This document shows, in pieces, positions 9,879 through 19,167 of a stretch of DNA of 64,000 bases (its first letter is position 1; each line of letters opens with the position of its first letter). Source of the DNA: Acidimicrobiaceae bacterium. GTDB taxonomy: Bacteria; Actinomycetota; Acidimicrobiia; Acidimicrobiales; Ilumatobacteraceae. A program made the translations under genes and the position numbers. The notes beneath the pieces are model-generated. The model saw nothing but the letters and a program-made list of their open reading frames with translations, had not been told where the DNA came from and searched no databases. Where the stretch lies: the NCBI GenBank assembly GCA_947505655.1, contig CANNMD010000001.1, forward strand, positions 6,048-70,047. The letters run 5' to 3'.

Positions 9879-10792
9879 ACAGATCGTTTCAATATGGAGA
9901 TCGCGTGCTGTTGCTCGATAGCAAGCAACGCCGTTACTTGATCACGCTCAAAGAGGGCGGCGAGTTCCACAGCCACAACGGCTTTGTGGCTCACTCACTC
10001 ATCGTCGATCAGCTTGAGGGCCTCTACGTGAAGAGCACCAAGGCGTCGCCTTACACGGCGCTTCGTCCAACGCTCGAGGACTTTGTCGTCGAGATGCCGC
10101 GCGGCGCTCAGGTGATCTACCCCAAGGATCTCGCACCGATCTGCATGTTGGCCGACATCGGCCCCGGCGTGCGCGTGTTCGAAAGCGGTGTCGGCAGCGG
10201 GGCGTTGTCGATGACCATGTTGCGCTATGGCGCCGAGATCACCGGCTACGAACTACGCGAAGACTTCGCCAACCGCGCCACCACCAATGTGCGCTCGTTC
10301 CTCGGCGAAGATGCCCTCTCGCGATATCACGTGCAAATTCGCGACGCCTACGACGGCATCGACGAAAGCGACTTCGATCGCGTTGTGCTCGACCTACCCG
10401 AGCCATGGAACGTTGTTCCACACGCCGAAAAGGCACTCCGTCGCGGCGGCATCTTGGTTGCGTACACACCATCGATCACCCAAGCGGCCCAGGTTCGCGA
10501 GGCGTTTGCTCGCAGTCGCGCATGGAATGGAGCACGCACCCTCGAGGTGCTGCATCGCGGTTGGCACATCGAGGGCCAAGCTGTTCGTCCTGACCACCGC
10601 ATGGTTGCCCACACGGGCTTTCTCACCACCGCACGGTTCTTGGGCGCACGCGAGACAGCTCCCGAAACGGCGTTCGACAGCGTGTCTGAGACCATCGTGG
10701 TCGACGATGCCGACATCGAACTCAGTGGCGACCTCGATGGCAACGGCGAAACGTCACACGACAGCGAAACGTCACACGACACCACCGACTGA
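9875..10792 (+). CDS. trmI: tRNA (adenine58-N1)-methyltransferase
   Basis: ATG at 9875 overlaps the ttuA stop (ATGA). GCD14/TrmI pattern: FQYGDRVLLLDSKQRRYLITL, VIYPKDLAPI, and the SAM motif VFESGVGSGALS. Same position as Rv2118c upstream of mpa. Confidence 0.85.
   Translation: MNRSFQYGDRVLLLDSKQRRYLITLKEGGEFHSHNGFVAHSLIVDQLEGLYVKSTKASPYTALRPTLEDFVVEMPRGAQVIYPKDLAPICMLADIGPGVRVFESGVGSGALSMTMLRYGAEITGYELREDFANRATTNVRSFLGEDALSRYHVQIRDAYDGIDESDFDRVVLDLPEPWNVVPHAEKALRRGGILVAYTPSITQAAQVREAFARSRAWNGARTLEVLHRGWHIEGQAVRPDHRMVAHTGFLTTARFLGARETAPETAFDSVSETIVVDDADIELSGDLDGNGETSHDSETSHDTTD
10746..10781 (+). repeat. perfect 18-bp tandem duplication (2 copies) in the trmI 3' end
   Basis: gcgaaacgtcacacgaca occurs at 10746-10763 and again at 10764-10781. 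It encodes (G)ETSHDS-ETSHDT in the acidic tail. Confidence 0.9.
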
Positions 10793-10812
10793 GCCATTCG
10801 AAAACTGAAGAT

Positions 10813-10853
10813 GTATACGACGAAGGGGCGCTATGCGCCCCTTCGTCGTATAC
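10813..10853. terminator. bidirectional stem-loop between convergent trmI and ferredoxin genes
   Basis: Perfect 19-bp inverted repeat gtatacgacgaaggggcgc / gcgccccttcgtcgtatac with a 3-nt loop. A second 7-bp hairpin (gctgcgc-tca-gcgcagc) lies at 10867-10883. Confidence 0.7.
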
Positions 10854-10893
10854 ACAAGTTGTAACCGCTGCGCTCAGCGCAGCAACACGTTGA

Positions 10894-11139
10894 CTACGGC
10901 TCGATGAAGATGCACTCGCCGGGGCATTCCTCGGCGGATTCGATCACTGCATCGAGCTGGCTGTCGGCGAAGTTAGCCATGCCTTCGGCGCCCTGTGGGT
11001 TGCCCTTGGCGGTGGCATAAATGGTTGCGCCCTCACGTACGTACGCCAAGCCGTCATCAAGCAGCGTAAAAACGTCGGCGGCGATCTCTTCGCAGAGTCC
11101 GTCGCCGGTGCACAGATCCTGATCGATCCAGACCTTCAT
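10894..11139 (-). CDS. ferredoxin (single-cluster, actinobacterial type)
   Basis: 81 aa from the ATG at 11139: MKVWIDQDLCTGDGLCEEIAADVF...ECPGECIFIEP (CxxDxxC...CP pattern). The ORF-track extension to 11430 is unlikely. Confidence 0.8.
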   Translation of the reverse strand: MKVWIDQDLCTGDGLCEEIAADVFTLLDDGLAYVREGATIYATAKGNPQGAEGMANFADSQLDAVIESAEECPGECIFIEP

Positions 11140-11288
11140 GGTGTATGTATCTCCTTGGGAGGCGTAAAACAAGGGGGTAAAAGTAGAGCCACTGTACACC
11201 GAGGCTCTCAGAAAATGGCGCTTCCAGAGCCTGAAGCAGTCGCCTCCATCGGTGTATCTTCGTTGAACAGGTATAAGGAGGTGCGCAG

Positions 11289-13004
11289 ATGACCGCAAAC
11301 GAGAGCGAGGCTGCTGACATTCTTCGCGCGCAGGTGATTGTGCTCGAAGAAGAGATCGGCCATCTCCGTCAGAAACTTGTCGACGCGCCGAAGCGAATGC
11401 GCGCCCTCGACGAGCGCCTGCTCGAGGCAAAGGGGCAGCTGGCTCACCTCACCTCACAAAACGAGAAGCTCAGCTACACGCTCCGCGAGGCACGAGAGCA
11501 CATCTCGTCGCTTCGCGACGAGGTCGCCAAGCTCACCCAGCCGCCGTCGGCATACGGCGTGGTCGTTGGCAAGAACGACGACGGCACCGTCGACATTGCC
11601 TCGAGCGGCCGCAAGATGCGGGTAAGCCTGCACCCCGATATTGACCACGAGTCCTTGCAGCGCGGCGCCGAAGTTGTGCTCAATGAGAGCTTCAATGTGG
11701 TGATGGCTCGCCAGCCAGACATCAGCGGCGAAGTCGTGACCGTGAAAGAGATTCTCGACGACGGCATACGCGCCCTTGTGGTGGGCCGCGCCGACGAAGA
11801 ACGCATCTGCGAACTCGCCGACGCAATTCGAGGCACGCACCTTCGGCCTGGCGATTCTCTGCGCATGGACCCGCGAACGAACATGCTGCTCGAAAAGCTG
11901 GCCCGCCCCGAGGTCGAAGATTTGTTGCTCGAGGAAGTACCCGACATCTCGTATGCCGATATCGGCGGACTCGATGCGCAGATCGAGCAGATCGCCGACG
12001 CTGTCGAACTTCCGTACCTGTATCAAGAACTCTTTGCCGAGCACCGTTTGCCAGCGCCCAAGGGCATCTTGCTCTATGGCCCTCCTGGCTGCGGCAAAAC
12101 CCTCATTGCCAAGGCCGTGGCCAACAGCTTGGCGAAGAAGGTTGCAGCGGCCACCGGGGGAGACAAAGGCCGCAGCTACTTCATCAACATCAAGGGCCCC
12201 GAGCTGCTCAACAAGTACGTCGGCGAAACCGAGCGACAGATACGCCTCGTGTTTCAACGGGCGCGCGAAAAGAGCGAAGAAGGCTGGCCAGTCATAGTGT
12301 TTTTCGACGAGATGGACAGCATGTTCCGCACTCGCGGCACCGGTATCAGTTCCGACATGGAGAGCACCATCGTGCCGCAGTTGCTCGCAGAGATCGACGG
12401 TGTCGAGGGCTTACGCAACGTCATCGTCATCGGTGCCACCAACCGCGAAGATCTCATCGATCCAGCCATTCTGCGCCCCGGCCGTCTCGACGTGAAGATC
12501 AAGATCGAGCGACCCAACGAGGCCGCCGCCAAGCAGATCTTTGCGCAGTACCTCACCACCGAGATTCCTATCGCGCCCAATGAGTTCGTGCCCGACATGA
12601 TCGAGCGCACCGTCGACGAGATGTATCGAGACGACGAAGCCAATCGATTCCTCGAGGTCACGTACCAAAACGGCGACAAAGAAGTGCTCTATTACAAGGA
12701 CTTTGCGTCGGGCGCAATGATCGAAAACATCGTTCGACGCGCCAAGAAGTTGGCCATCAAGCGGCTGATTGCTGGTGGCATCAAGGGAGTCAGCACGCAA
12801 GACATGCTCGACTCGATCAAGCAGGAATACAAAGAGCACGAAGATTTACCCAACACCACAAACCCCGACGACTGGGCCAAGATCAGCGGCAAGAAGGGCG
12901 AGCGAATTGTGTATATCCGCACGCTTGTCGCCGAGGGGCGCAACGAAACGCCGCTCGCAGGCGGACGTTCGATCGAGCGGATGGCCACAGGGCAATACCT
13001 GTAG
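11289..13004 (+). CDS. arc: proteasome-associated AAA ATPase ARC/Mpa
   Basis: N-terminal coiled coil, OB domains, Walker A GPPGCGKT, Walker [10 protein letters not shown], and C-terminal GQYL. An aaggagg RBS precedes the ATG. Confidence 0.95.
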   Translation: MTANESEAADILRAQVIVLEEEIGHLRQKLVDAPKRMRALDERLLEAKGQLAHLTSQNEKLSYTLREAREHISSLRDEVAKLTQPPSAYGVVVGKNDDGTVDIASSGRKMRVSLHPDIDHESLQRGAEVVLNESFNVVMARQPDISGEVVTVKEILDDGIRALVVGRADEERICELADAIRGTHLRPGDSLRMDPRTNMLLEKLARPEVEDLLLEEVPDISYADIGGLDAQIEQIADAVELPYLYQELFAEHRLPAPKGILLYGPPGCGKTLIAKAVANSLAKKVAAATGGDKGRSYFINIKGPELLNKYVGETERQIRLVFQRAREKSEEGWPVIVFFDEMDSMFRTRGTGISSDMESTIVPQLLAEIDGVEGLRNVIVIGATNREDLIDPAILRPGRLDVKIKIERPNEAAAKQIFAQYLTTEIPIAPNEFVPDMIERTVDEMYRDDEANRFLEVTYQNGDKEVLYYKDFASGAMIENIVRRAKKLAIKRLIAGGIKGVSTQDMLDSIKQEYKEHEDLPNTTNPDDWAKISGKKGERIVYIRTLVAEGRNETPLAGGRSIERMATGQYL

Positions 13005-13028
13005 CCGGCATCGGACTATGGTCACTGC

Positions 13029-14513
13029 ATGGCCATCGCCAAGGTGTGCGGCATCGAAACCGAATACGGAATTCAGGTTCGCGGCGCGGAGTCGAATCCG
13101 GTAGCTGCGTCGAGCGCACTGATCAACGCCTACGTCAGCGGCACGCTGCGCAACATCGATTGGGATTTCGGGCACGAACGACCGGGCACCGATGCTCGGG
13201 GATTCAGCTATCCCGATTCATTCGCTCCCGAGATCGAAATGCAGCTTGTCAACGCAGTGCTCACCAACGGCGCTCGCTACTACGTAGACCATGCTCACCC
13301 CGAGGTGTCTACTCCTGAGTGCCTCACGGCCCTCGAGGTCGTGCGGTTCGACCGAGCCGCCGAGGAGATCGTGCGGGCCAGCATGACCGCCGCCAAACGG
13401 TTGCTCAACGACGGCAGCGAGATCGTCACCTATAAGAACAACTCCGACGGCAAGGGCAACAGCTATGGCTGCCACGAGAACTATCTCGTCGATCGGGCCA
13501 CGCCCTTTGCCCGCATCGTGAGCCAGATCACGCCGCACTTCGTGTCACGACAAGTGTTCTGCGGGGCTGGCAAAGTGGGCAGCGAACTTGCGGGCACTAG
13601 TTCCAGTGCTGTGCCGTACCAAATCAGTCAGCGCGCCGACTTCTTCGAAGAGGAGGTTGGTCTCGAGACAACGTTGAAGCGTCCCATCGTGAACACCCGC
13701 GACGAACCGCATTGCGACCCGCAGAAGTACCGCCGACTCCATGTGATTGTGGGCGACGCAAACATGAGCGAGGTGGCCACCTATCTCAAAGTAGGCACCA
13801 CTGCGATCGTGCTCGCGATGATCGAAGACGACATGATCGGCAGCGAGCTCACGTTGGCCAATCCCGTGTCGGCCATTCGCCAGATCAGCCAAGACCCGTC
13901 GCTGACCACCACTGTTGCGTTGCGCGACGGCACGCGCATGACGGCCATCGAACTGCAGTGGGCCGTGCTCGAACGGGCACGAAAGTACGAGCGCAGCCAC
14001 GGCCTTGCTTGCGTCGGCGACGATGTGGCTGTCGACCTGCTCGCTCGTTGGGAGACGGTTTTGGCCGGCCTCGAATCCGACCGCAATTCGGTGGCGCATT
14101 GGGTCGACTGGGTAGCCAAGCAACGCTTGGTCGATGGCTTCGCCGATCGCCACCACCTCCACCCTGGCGACGCCAAGCTCAAGGCCATCGATCTGCAGTA
14201 CCACGACATGCGCGCCGATCGCTGCCTTGCCACTCGAGTCGGTCTCGAGACGCTCATCAGCGAACACGACGCACTCACTGCGATGACCGAGCCACCCGAG
14301 ACCACCCGGGCCTATTTCCGCGGCAAGTGTTTGCAGCGTTGGCCCGGCGAGATCGTGGCCGCGAACTGGGATTCGATGGTGTTCGATGTCGGTCGCGAAC
14401 CATTGCGCCGCGTGCCCATGCTCGAACCGTTGCGCGGCACCGCCAAGCTCGTGGGCGCGCTGTTCGATGAATGCACTACCGCAGCCGAGTTGTTGGCGCG
14501 ATTAGACGCGTAG
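13029..14513 (+). CDS. dop: Pup deamidase/depupylase
   Basis: Begins CGIETEYGI. Contains [10 protein letters not shown] and [11 protein letters not shown]. Paralogous to pafA and sits between arc and pup. Confidence 0.9.
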   Translation: MAIAKVCGIETEYGIQVRGAESNPVAASSALINAYVSGTLRNIDWDFGHERPGTDARGFSYPDSFAPEIEMQLVNAVLTNGARYYVDHAHPEVSTPECLTALEVVRFDRAAEEIVRASMTAAKRLLNDGSEIVTYKNNSDGKGNSYGCHENYLVDRATPFARIVSQITPHFVSRQVFCGAGKVGSELAGTSSSAVPYQISQRADFFEEEVGLETTLKRPIVNTRDEPHCDPQKYRRLHVIVGDANMSEVATYLKVGTTAIVLAMIEDDMIGSELTLANPVSAIRQISQDPSLTTTVALRDGTRMTAIELQWAVLERARKYERSHGLACVGDDVAVDLLARWETVLAGLESDRNSVAHWVDWVAKQRLVDGFADRHHLHPGDAKLKAIDLQYHDMRADRCLATRVGLETLISEHDALTAMTEPPETTRAYFRGKCLQRWPGEIVAANWDSMVFDVGREPLRRVPMLEPLRGTAKLVGALFDECTTAAELLARLDA

Positions 14514-14568
14514 GATCACAACACAACTACTGGCAGCGACGACCACACGGCGAAGTGAGGGACCCAAC

Positions 14569-14763
14569 ATGGCAGAGCACACTCAAAAACAAAAACAGGC
14601 GCCATCACGCACTGAAGAGACGATCGAGGATCTACCCGTCGGCGCGCAGCAGGGCGAAAAGCTCAAAGCCGAACTCGATGATCTCCTCGACGAGATCGAC
14701 GAAGTGCTCGAGACCAATGCCGAAGATTTCGTAAAGAGCTATGTGCAAAAGGGTGGCGAGTAA
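14569..14763 (+). CDS. pup: prokaryotic ubiquitin-like protein Pup (C-terminal GGE)
   Basis: 64 aa and acidic. Contains [29 protein letters not shown] and ends in Glu. Confidence 0.95.
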   Translation: MAEHTQKQKQAPSRTEETIEDLPVGAQQGEKLKAELDDLLDEIDEVLETNAEDFVKSYVQKGGE

Positions 14764-14767
14764 GCCC

Positions 14768-15556
14768 ATGTCGATGCCGATGTTCGCCGCTGGAGATGAT
14801 CCCGGTGCCAGCTTCCCCGAGTTACTACGCCGCATGGGTCTGCAAGCAGTAGCCCCAACGTCCGATGCCTCTGTCCTGCTCACACCGCACGCCACAACGT
14901 GCATTGCCTTGCGCTTCGCCGACGGCGTGGTCATGGCGGGCGACCGGCGGGCCACCAGTGGCAATCTGATCAGCCATCGCAGTATGGAAAAGCTGGTGCA
15001 AGCCGATGCGTTCAGCGGCGTAGCTATCGCCGGAGCCGCTGGACCAGCAATGGAAATGATCAAGCTATTTCAGTTGCAGCTCGAGCATTACGAAAAGGTC
15101 GAGGGCTCTTCGCTTAGCCTTGAAGGCAAGGCCAACCAACTGTCGATGATGGTTCGCAGCAACCTGCCCGCAGCAATGCAGGGACTTGCCGTCGTGCCAA
15201 TCTTTGGCGGCTTCGATCCACGGCGCAACACGGGCCGTTTGTGGACATACGACATCACCGGCGGGCGCTACGAAGAGCACGAGTTCGTGAGCACCGGCTC
15301 AGGCAGCCTGCACGCCGGCACCGTCATCAAGCTTGGGCATCGCCCGCAGATCACCCGCGACGAAGCAATCAACCTGGCGTGCCGTGCGCTGTGGGAAGCC
15401 GCCGACGCCGATTCGGCCACGGGCGGACCCGATGCACTTCGCGGTATCTATCCAGTAGTTGCCACCATCACAGCTCAGGGTTGGCAGCGCATTGGCGACG
15501 ACGACCTCGCCGAGCGTTACGTCACCATTGCCAGCGAAATGAGGTCACGCACATGA
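14768..15556 (+). CDS. prcB: 20S proteasome beta subunit
   Basis: Propeptide followed by HATT|CIALRF (catalytic Thr). Ntn-hydrolase pattern GDRRATSGN. ATG at 14768; the ORF-track start at 14741 overlaps pup. Confidence 0.9.
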   Translation: MSMPMFAAGDDPGASFPELLRRMGLQAVAPTSDASVLLTPHATTCIALRFADGVVMAGDRRATSGNLISHRSMEKLVQADAFSGVAIAGAAGPAMEMIKLFQLQLEHYEKVEGSSLSLEGKANQLSMMVRSNLPAAMQGLAVVPIFGGFDPRRNTGRLWTYDITGGRYEEHEFVSTGSGSLHAGTVIKLGHRPQITRDEAINLACRALWEAADADSATGGPDALRGIYPVVATITAQGWQRIGDDDLAERYVTIASEMRSRT

Positions 15557-16251
15557 GCATGCCGTATTACGTAGCACCAGAGCAGATCATGAAAGACCGC
15601 GCCGACTATGCGCGTAAGGGCATCGCTCGGGGCCGGGCCATGGTGGCGCTTCGCTATGCCGGCGGCATTGCGTTGGTTGCCGAAAATTCCTCGAACACGC
15701 TGCGCAAGGTCAGCGAGATCTACGACCGCATAGCCTTCGCTGGCGTTGGCAAGTACAACGAGTTCGACCAGTTGCGCGTCGCTGGCGTTCGCGCTGCAGA
15801 CCTCAAGGGCTTTCAATACAGCCGCGACGATGTCGACGCGCGCAGCTTGGCCAACAGCTATGCGCAGATGCTCGGTCAGATTTTCACCCACGAAATGAAG
15901 CCAATGGAGGTCGAGATTCTCGTGGCCGAGGTAGCCCACGACGATATCTCTGACCAGCTGTTTCATATTCTTTACGACGGCACAGTGGTCGACGAACGAC
16001 GCTTCAGCGTGTTGGGCGGCGACGCCGACGCCATTACTGCGCGCCTCAACGAGTCGTGGACCGAAGGACTCGAACTCGATGCCTGCCTGAAGGCGGCAGT
16101 GGCAGCGCTGGCCGGCCCCGATCGCCAATTGGTGGCCGACGATCTTGAGGTTGCATTGCTCGACCGAGCAGCTGAACGACGATGCTTTCGACGCCTCGAC
16201 GACGATGTCGTTGGGGCGTATCTCGCGACATCGCCGCCAAGCGCTGAATGA
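15553..16251 (+). CDS. prcA: 20S proteasome alpha subunit
   Basis: ATG at 15553 overlaps the prcB TGA. Begins MSMPYYVAPEQIMKDRADYARKGIARG, as PrcA does. Confidence 0.9.
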   Translation: MSMPYYVAPEQIMKDRADYARKGIARGRAMVALRYAGGIALVAENSSNTLRKVSEIYDRIAFAGVGKYNEFDQLRVAGVRAADLKGFQYSRDDVDARSLANSYAQMLGQIFTHEMKPMEVEILVAEVAHDDISDQLFHILYDGTVVDERRFSVLGGDADAITARLNESWTEGLELDACLKAAVAALAGPDRQLVADDLEVALLDRAAERRCFRRLDDDVVGAYLATSPPSAE

Positions 16252-17006
16252 TCACTATCGATCTGAATAGCGATATCGGTGAGGGCCTTGGTCAGTGGCC
16301 GATGGGCGACGACGAAGCGCTGCTCGGCATCATCACCAGCGCCAACATCGCCTGTGGCTTTCATGCTGGCGATCCGTCGATCATGCGGCGCACATGCGGG
16401 ATCGCAGCCCGCTCTGGGGTAGCTATCGGCGCTCATGTCTCGTACCCCGATCTTGTCGGCTTCGGCCGCAGGTTCATCGACATCGCGCCCAACGAGTTGG
16501 CCGATGTGGTCACGTATCAAATCGGCGCGCTACAAGCCATCGCCATCGCCTCTGGGACGCGAGTCAGCTATGTGAAACCTCACGGCGCGTTGTACAACGC
16601 CATCGTGACGCACGAGGCACAGGCCGCTGCGGTTGTTGCAGGCGTTGCTGCCTGCGGCCCGTTGCCACTCATGGGCCTCGCAAACTCAGCTGTGCTTCGA
16701 CTTGCCGCACAGGCCGGACTCCCCACGGTCACCGAGGGGTTTGTCGATCGCGCCTACAACACCGATGGTTCGCTGGTCTCTCGGCTCCTGCCTGGCGCGG
16801 TGCTGCACGATGTCGAACTCGTGGCCGCGCGTGCGGTGCGCCTGGTGACGAACAGAACCGTGATAGCCATCGATGGCTCTGAGATCGAGGTCGATTTCGA
16901 CTCGCTCTGCGTGCACGGCGATACACCCGACGCAGTGCAGATTGCTGGCGCTGTGCGCGTTGCGTTGGCAGCGGCCAACATCGGGTTGCGTCCCTTCGCC
17001 ACCTGA
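16248..17006 (+). CDS. pxpA: LamB/YcsF family protein (5-oxoprolinase subunit A-like)
   Basis: IDLNSDIGEG and ANIACGFHAGDP are hallmark motifs; KPHGALYN is also present. ATGA overlap with the prcA stop. Confidence 0.85.
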   Translation: MITIDLNSDIGEGLGQWPMGDDEALLGIITSANIACGFHAGDPSIMRRTCGIAARSGVAIGAHVSYPDLVGFGRRFIDIAPNELADVVTYQIGALQAIAIASGTRVSYVKPHGALYNAIVTHEAQAAAVVAGVAACGPLPLMGLANSAVLRLAAQAGLPTVTEGFVDRAYNTDGSLVSRLLPGAVLHDVELVAARAVRLVTNRTVIAIDGSEIEVDFDSLCVHGDTPDAVQIAGAVRVALAAANIGLRPFAT

Positions 17007-17067
17007 GCCAGCAGCGCCTTCCAACAGTGCACACGCCCTGCGTGGTTGGGTTCGCTAGGTTGGCGCA

Positions 17068-18426
17068 ATGGACCGGCGCATATACGGGCTCGAGAACGAG
17101 TACGGAATCACCTGCACATTGCGCGGGCAGCGCCGCCTCAGTCCCGATGAGGTGGCTCGTTATCTGTTTCGGCGAGTCGTCAGTTGGGGCCGCAGCAGCA
17201 ACGTCTTTTTGCAAAATGGTGCCCGGCTGTATCTCGACGTCGGGTCACACCCCGAATACGCAACACCCGAGTGCGACTCGTTGTACGACCTCGTCGTGCA
17301 CGACAAGGCGGGCGAACGCATCCTCGAAGACTTGGTCGTATCTGCCGAGCAACGCCTCAGCGAGGAGGGCATCAGAGGCACCATCTACCTGTTCAAGAAC
17401 AACACCGACTCTGCGGGCAATAGCTACGGATGCCACGAGAACTACCTCACCAGCCGCGACGATGACCTCGGCCACTACGCCGAAGTGCTGATCCCGTTCT
17501 TGGTGAGCCGTCAGATCTACACGGGTGCCGGCAAGATCCTGCAGACGGCACGCGGGCCGGTGTATTCGATTGCTCAGCGCGCCGAGCACATCTGGGAAGG
17601 CGTGTCGTCGGCAACTACCCGAAGTCGGCCGATCATCAACACCCGCGACGAACCGCACGCCGACGCCGAGAAGTACAGACGCCTGCACGTGATCGTGGGC
17701 GATAGCAACATGAGCGAATACACCAACTTTGTAAAGGTTGGTGCTGCGGCGTGCATGTTGCGCATGGTCGAGGATCCAGGTGTTGTGTTGCGCGACATGA
17801 CCCTCGAGAATCCGATTCGGGCCATTCGCGACATCAGCCACGACATCACCTGTCGGCGCACCGTGAAACTGGCCAACGGCCGCGAGGTCAGCGCGCTCGA
17901 TATTCAACGCGAATACCTCGATCGTGCATTGCGATACGCCGACACCAAGGGCTTCCCTCCGCTCGAGCAACGCGCCCTTGAGATGTGGGAGCACTGCGTG
18001 AACACCATCGAGAACGACCCTTTAAAATTGGATCGAGAGGTCGATTGGGTCATCAAGCACAAGTTGATCGAGGCCTATCGGGCCAAGCACGATCTACCCC
18101 TGGGCCACGCGCAAGTTCAGCTACTCGACCTGCAGTATCACGACGTCACTCGAAGCCGCAGCCTGTTCTACAAGATGCAGGATCGAGGCATGGTCGAACG
18201 CATGTGCACCGATGAAGACATCATGGCTGCGGTCGACATTCCGCCGCAGACAACTCGGGCTAGGCTCCGCGGCGAATTCATCAAGCGCGCCAAAGAACGC
18301 AAGCGCGACTACACGGTCGATTGGGTGCACCTCAAGCTCAACGACCAGGCGCAGCGCACGGTTTTGTGCAAGGACCCGTTCAAGAGTCGCGACGAACGAG
18401 TCGAAAAACTGATTGCCTCGCTCTAA
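17068..18426 (+). CDS. pafA: Pup--protein ligase
   Basis: Begins [13 protein letters not shown]. Contains [10 protein letters not shown] and [11 protein letters not shown]. 452 aa. Confidence 0.92.
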   Translation: MDRRIYGLENEYGITCTLRGQRRLSPDEVARYLFRRVVSWGRSSNVFLQNGARLYLDVGSHPEYATPECDSLYDLVVHDKAGERILEDLVVSAEQRLSEEGIRGTIYLFKNNTDSAGNSYGCHENYLTSRDDDLGHYAEVLIPFLVSRQIYTGAGKILQTARGPVYSIAQRAEHIWEGVSSATTRSRPIINTRDEPHADAEKYRRLHVIVGDSNMSEYTNFVKVGAAACMLRMVEDPGVVLRDMTLENPIRAIRDISHDITCRRTVKLANGREVSALDIQREYLDRALRYADTKGFPPLEQRALEMWEHCVNTIENDPLKLDREVDWVIKHKLIEAYRAKHDLPLGHAQVQLLDLQYHDVTRSRSLFYKMQDRGMVERMCTDEDIMAAVDIPPQTTRARLRGEFIKRAKERKRDYTVDWVHLKLNDQAQRTVLCKDPFKSRDERVEKLIASL

Positions 18427-18441
18427 GCCGCGAATCGAGTC

Positions 18442-19152
18442 GTGGCACCCACCGACGGCCTAGAGGCGGTACGGTATCCGAGCAATGATGCCCCCAATGC
18501 CCTCGCAATCGGCGACGAGAGAACTGAAATGAACCTAGGCGACTCACTAGAAACGACCCCACAGCAGGCCACTGCCAACGCTGAGGTGCGAGCGCCGCGT
18601 CCCCCCGCCAAGCTCGTGAACCACTTCGCACGCGCGTTTCGAGAGTGGATTGTGGTCATTGTCATCGCAATCGCTGCGGCAGTCCTGATGAAGGTGTTCG
18701 TCGTGCAGCAGTTCTATGTGTCCGGCCACTCGATGGACACCACCTTGCACGACTTCGATCGCGTGCTCGTCAACAAGCTTTCGTACGACCTTCACGACCC
18801 GCGCCGTGGCGACATTGTGGTGCTCGAAGAGGCCCAAGGGCTCACCCAGCGAGATCTCATTAAGCGAGTCATTGCCCTTCCTGGCGAGACCATCGAGATC
18901 AGCCACTGCGTGGTTCTCATCAACGGCAAGGTGCTCACCGAGCCCTACCTCGATCCATCTGTCGTCACGCCCGACAACTGCGGCGGCGACCTGCTCAAGA
19001 CGACGCTCACACCGCACCACGTGTTCGTCATGGGCGACAATCGCCCCGGTTCAGGCGACAGTCGCGGCCCTCTCGGCCAGGTCGACTACTCGCAGATCGT
19101 TGGACGCGCGTTCGTAGTGATCTGGCCCAAATCAGATTGGGCGTGGCTCTAG
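18442..19152 (+). CDS. lepB: signal peptidase I
   Basis: TM anchor WIVVIVIAIAAAVLM. Catalytic Ser box SGHSMDTTL, Lys box KRVIALPGE, and GDNRPGSGDSR. The start is either the GTG at 18442 or the ATG at 18529. Confidence 0.85.
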   Translation: MAPTDGLEAVRYPSNDAPNALAIGDERTEMNLGDSLETTPQQATANAEVRAPRPPAKLVNHFARAFREWIVVIVIAIAAAVLMKVFVVQQFYVSGHSMDTTLHDFDRVLVNKLSYDLHDPRRGDIVVLEEAQGLTQRDLIKRVIALPGETIEISHCVVLINGKVLTEPYLDPSVVTPDNCGGDLLKTTLTPHHVFVMGDNRPGSGDSRGPLGQVDYSQIVGRAFVVIWPKSDWAWL

Positions 19153-19167
19153 CCACAACCTCGTGCG

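Noticed and set aside
15241-15552. N-terminal extensions offered by the ORF track. Affected ORFs: prcA 15241, LLM 43744, ATPase 46999, gcvP 51030, gcvT to 55865, hydroxylase to 37575, fusion gene to 61467, rbsK to 34108, gamma-CA 31528, trmI 9752.
   Set aside because: Each extension overlaps the neighbouring gene or the riboswitch and is compositionally odd. Internal ATG/GTG starts coincide with family N-termini and often with 4-nt stop/start overlaps.
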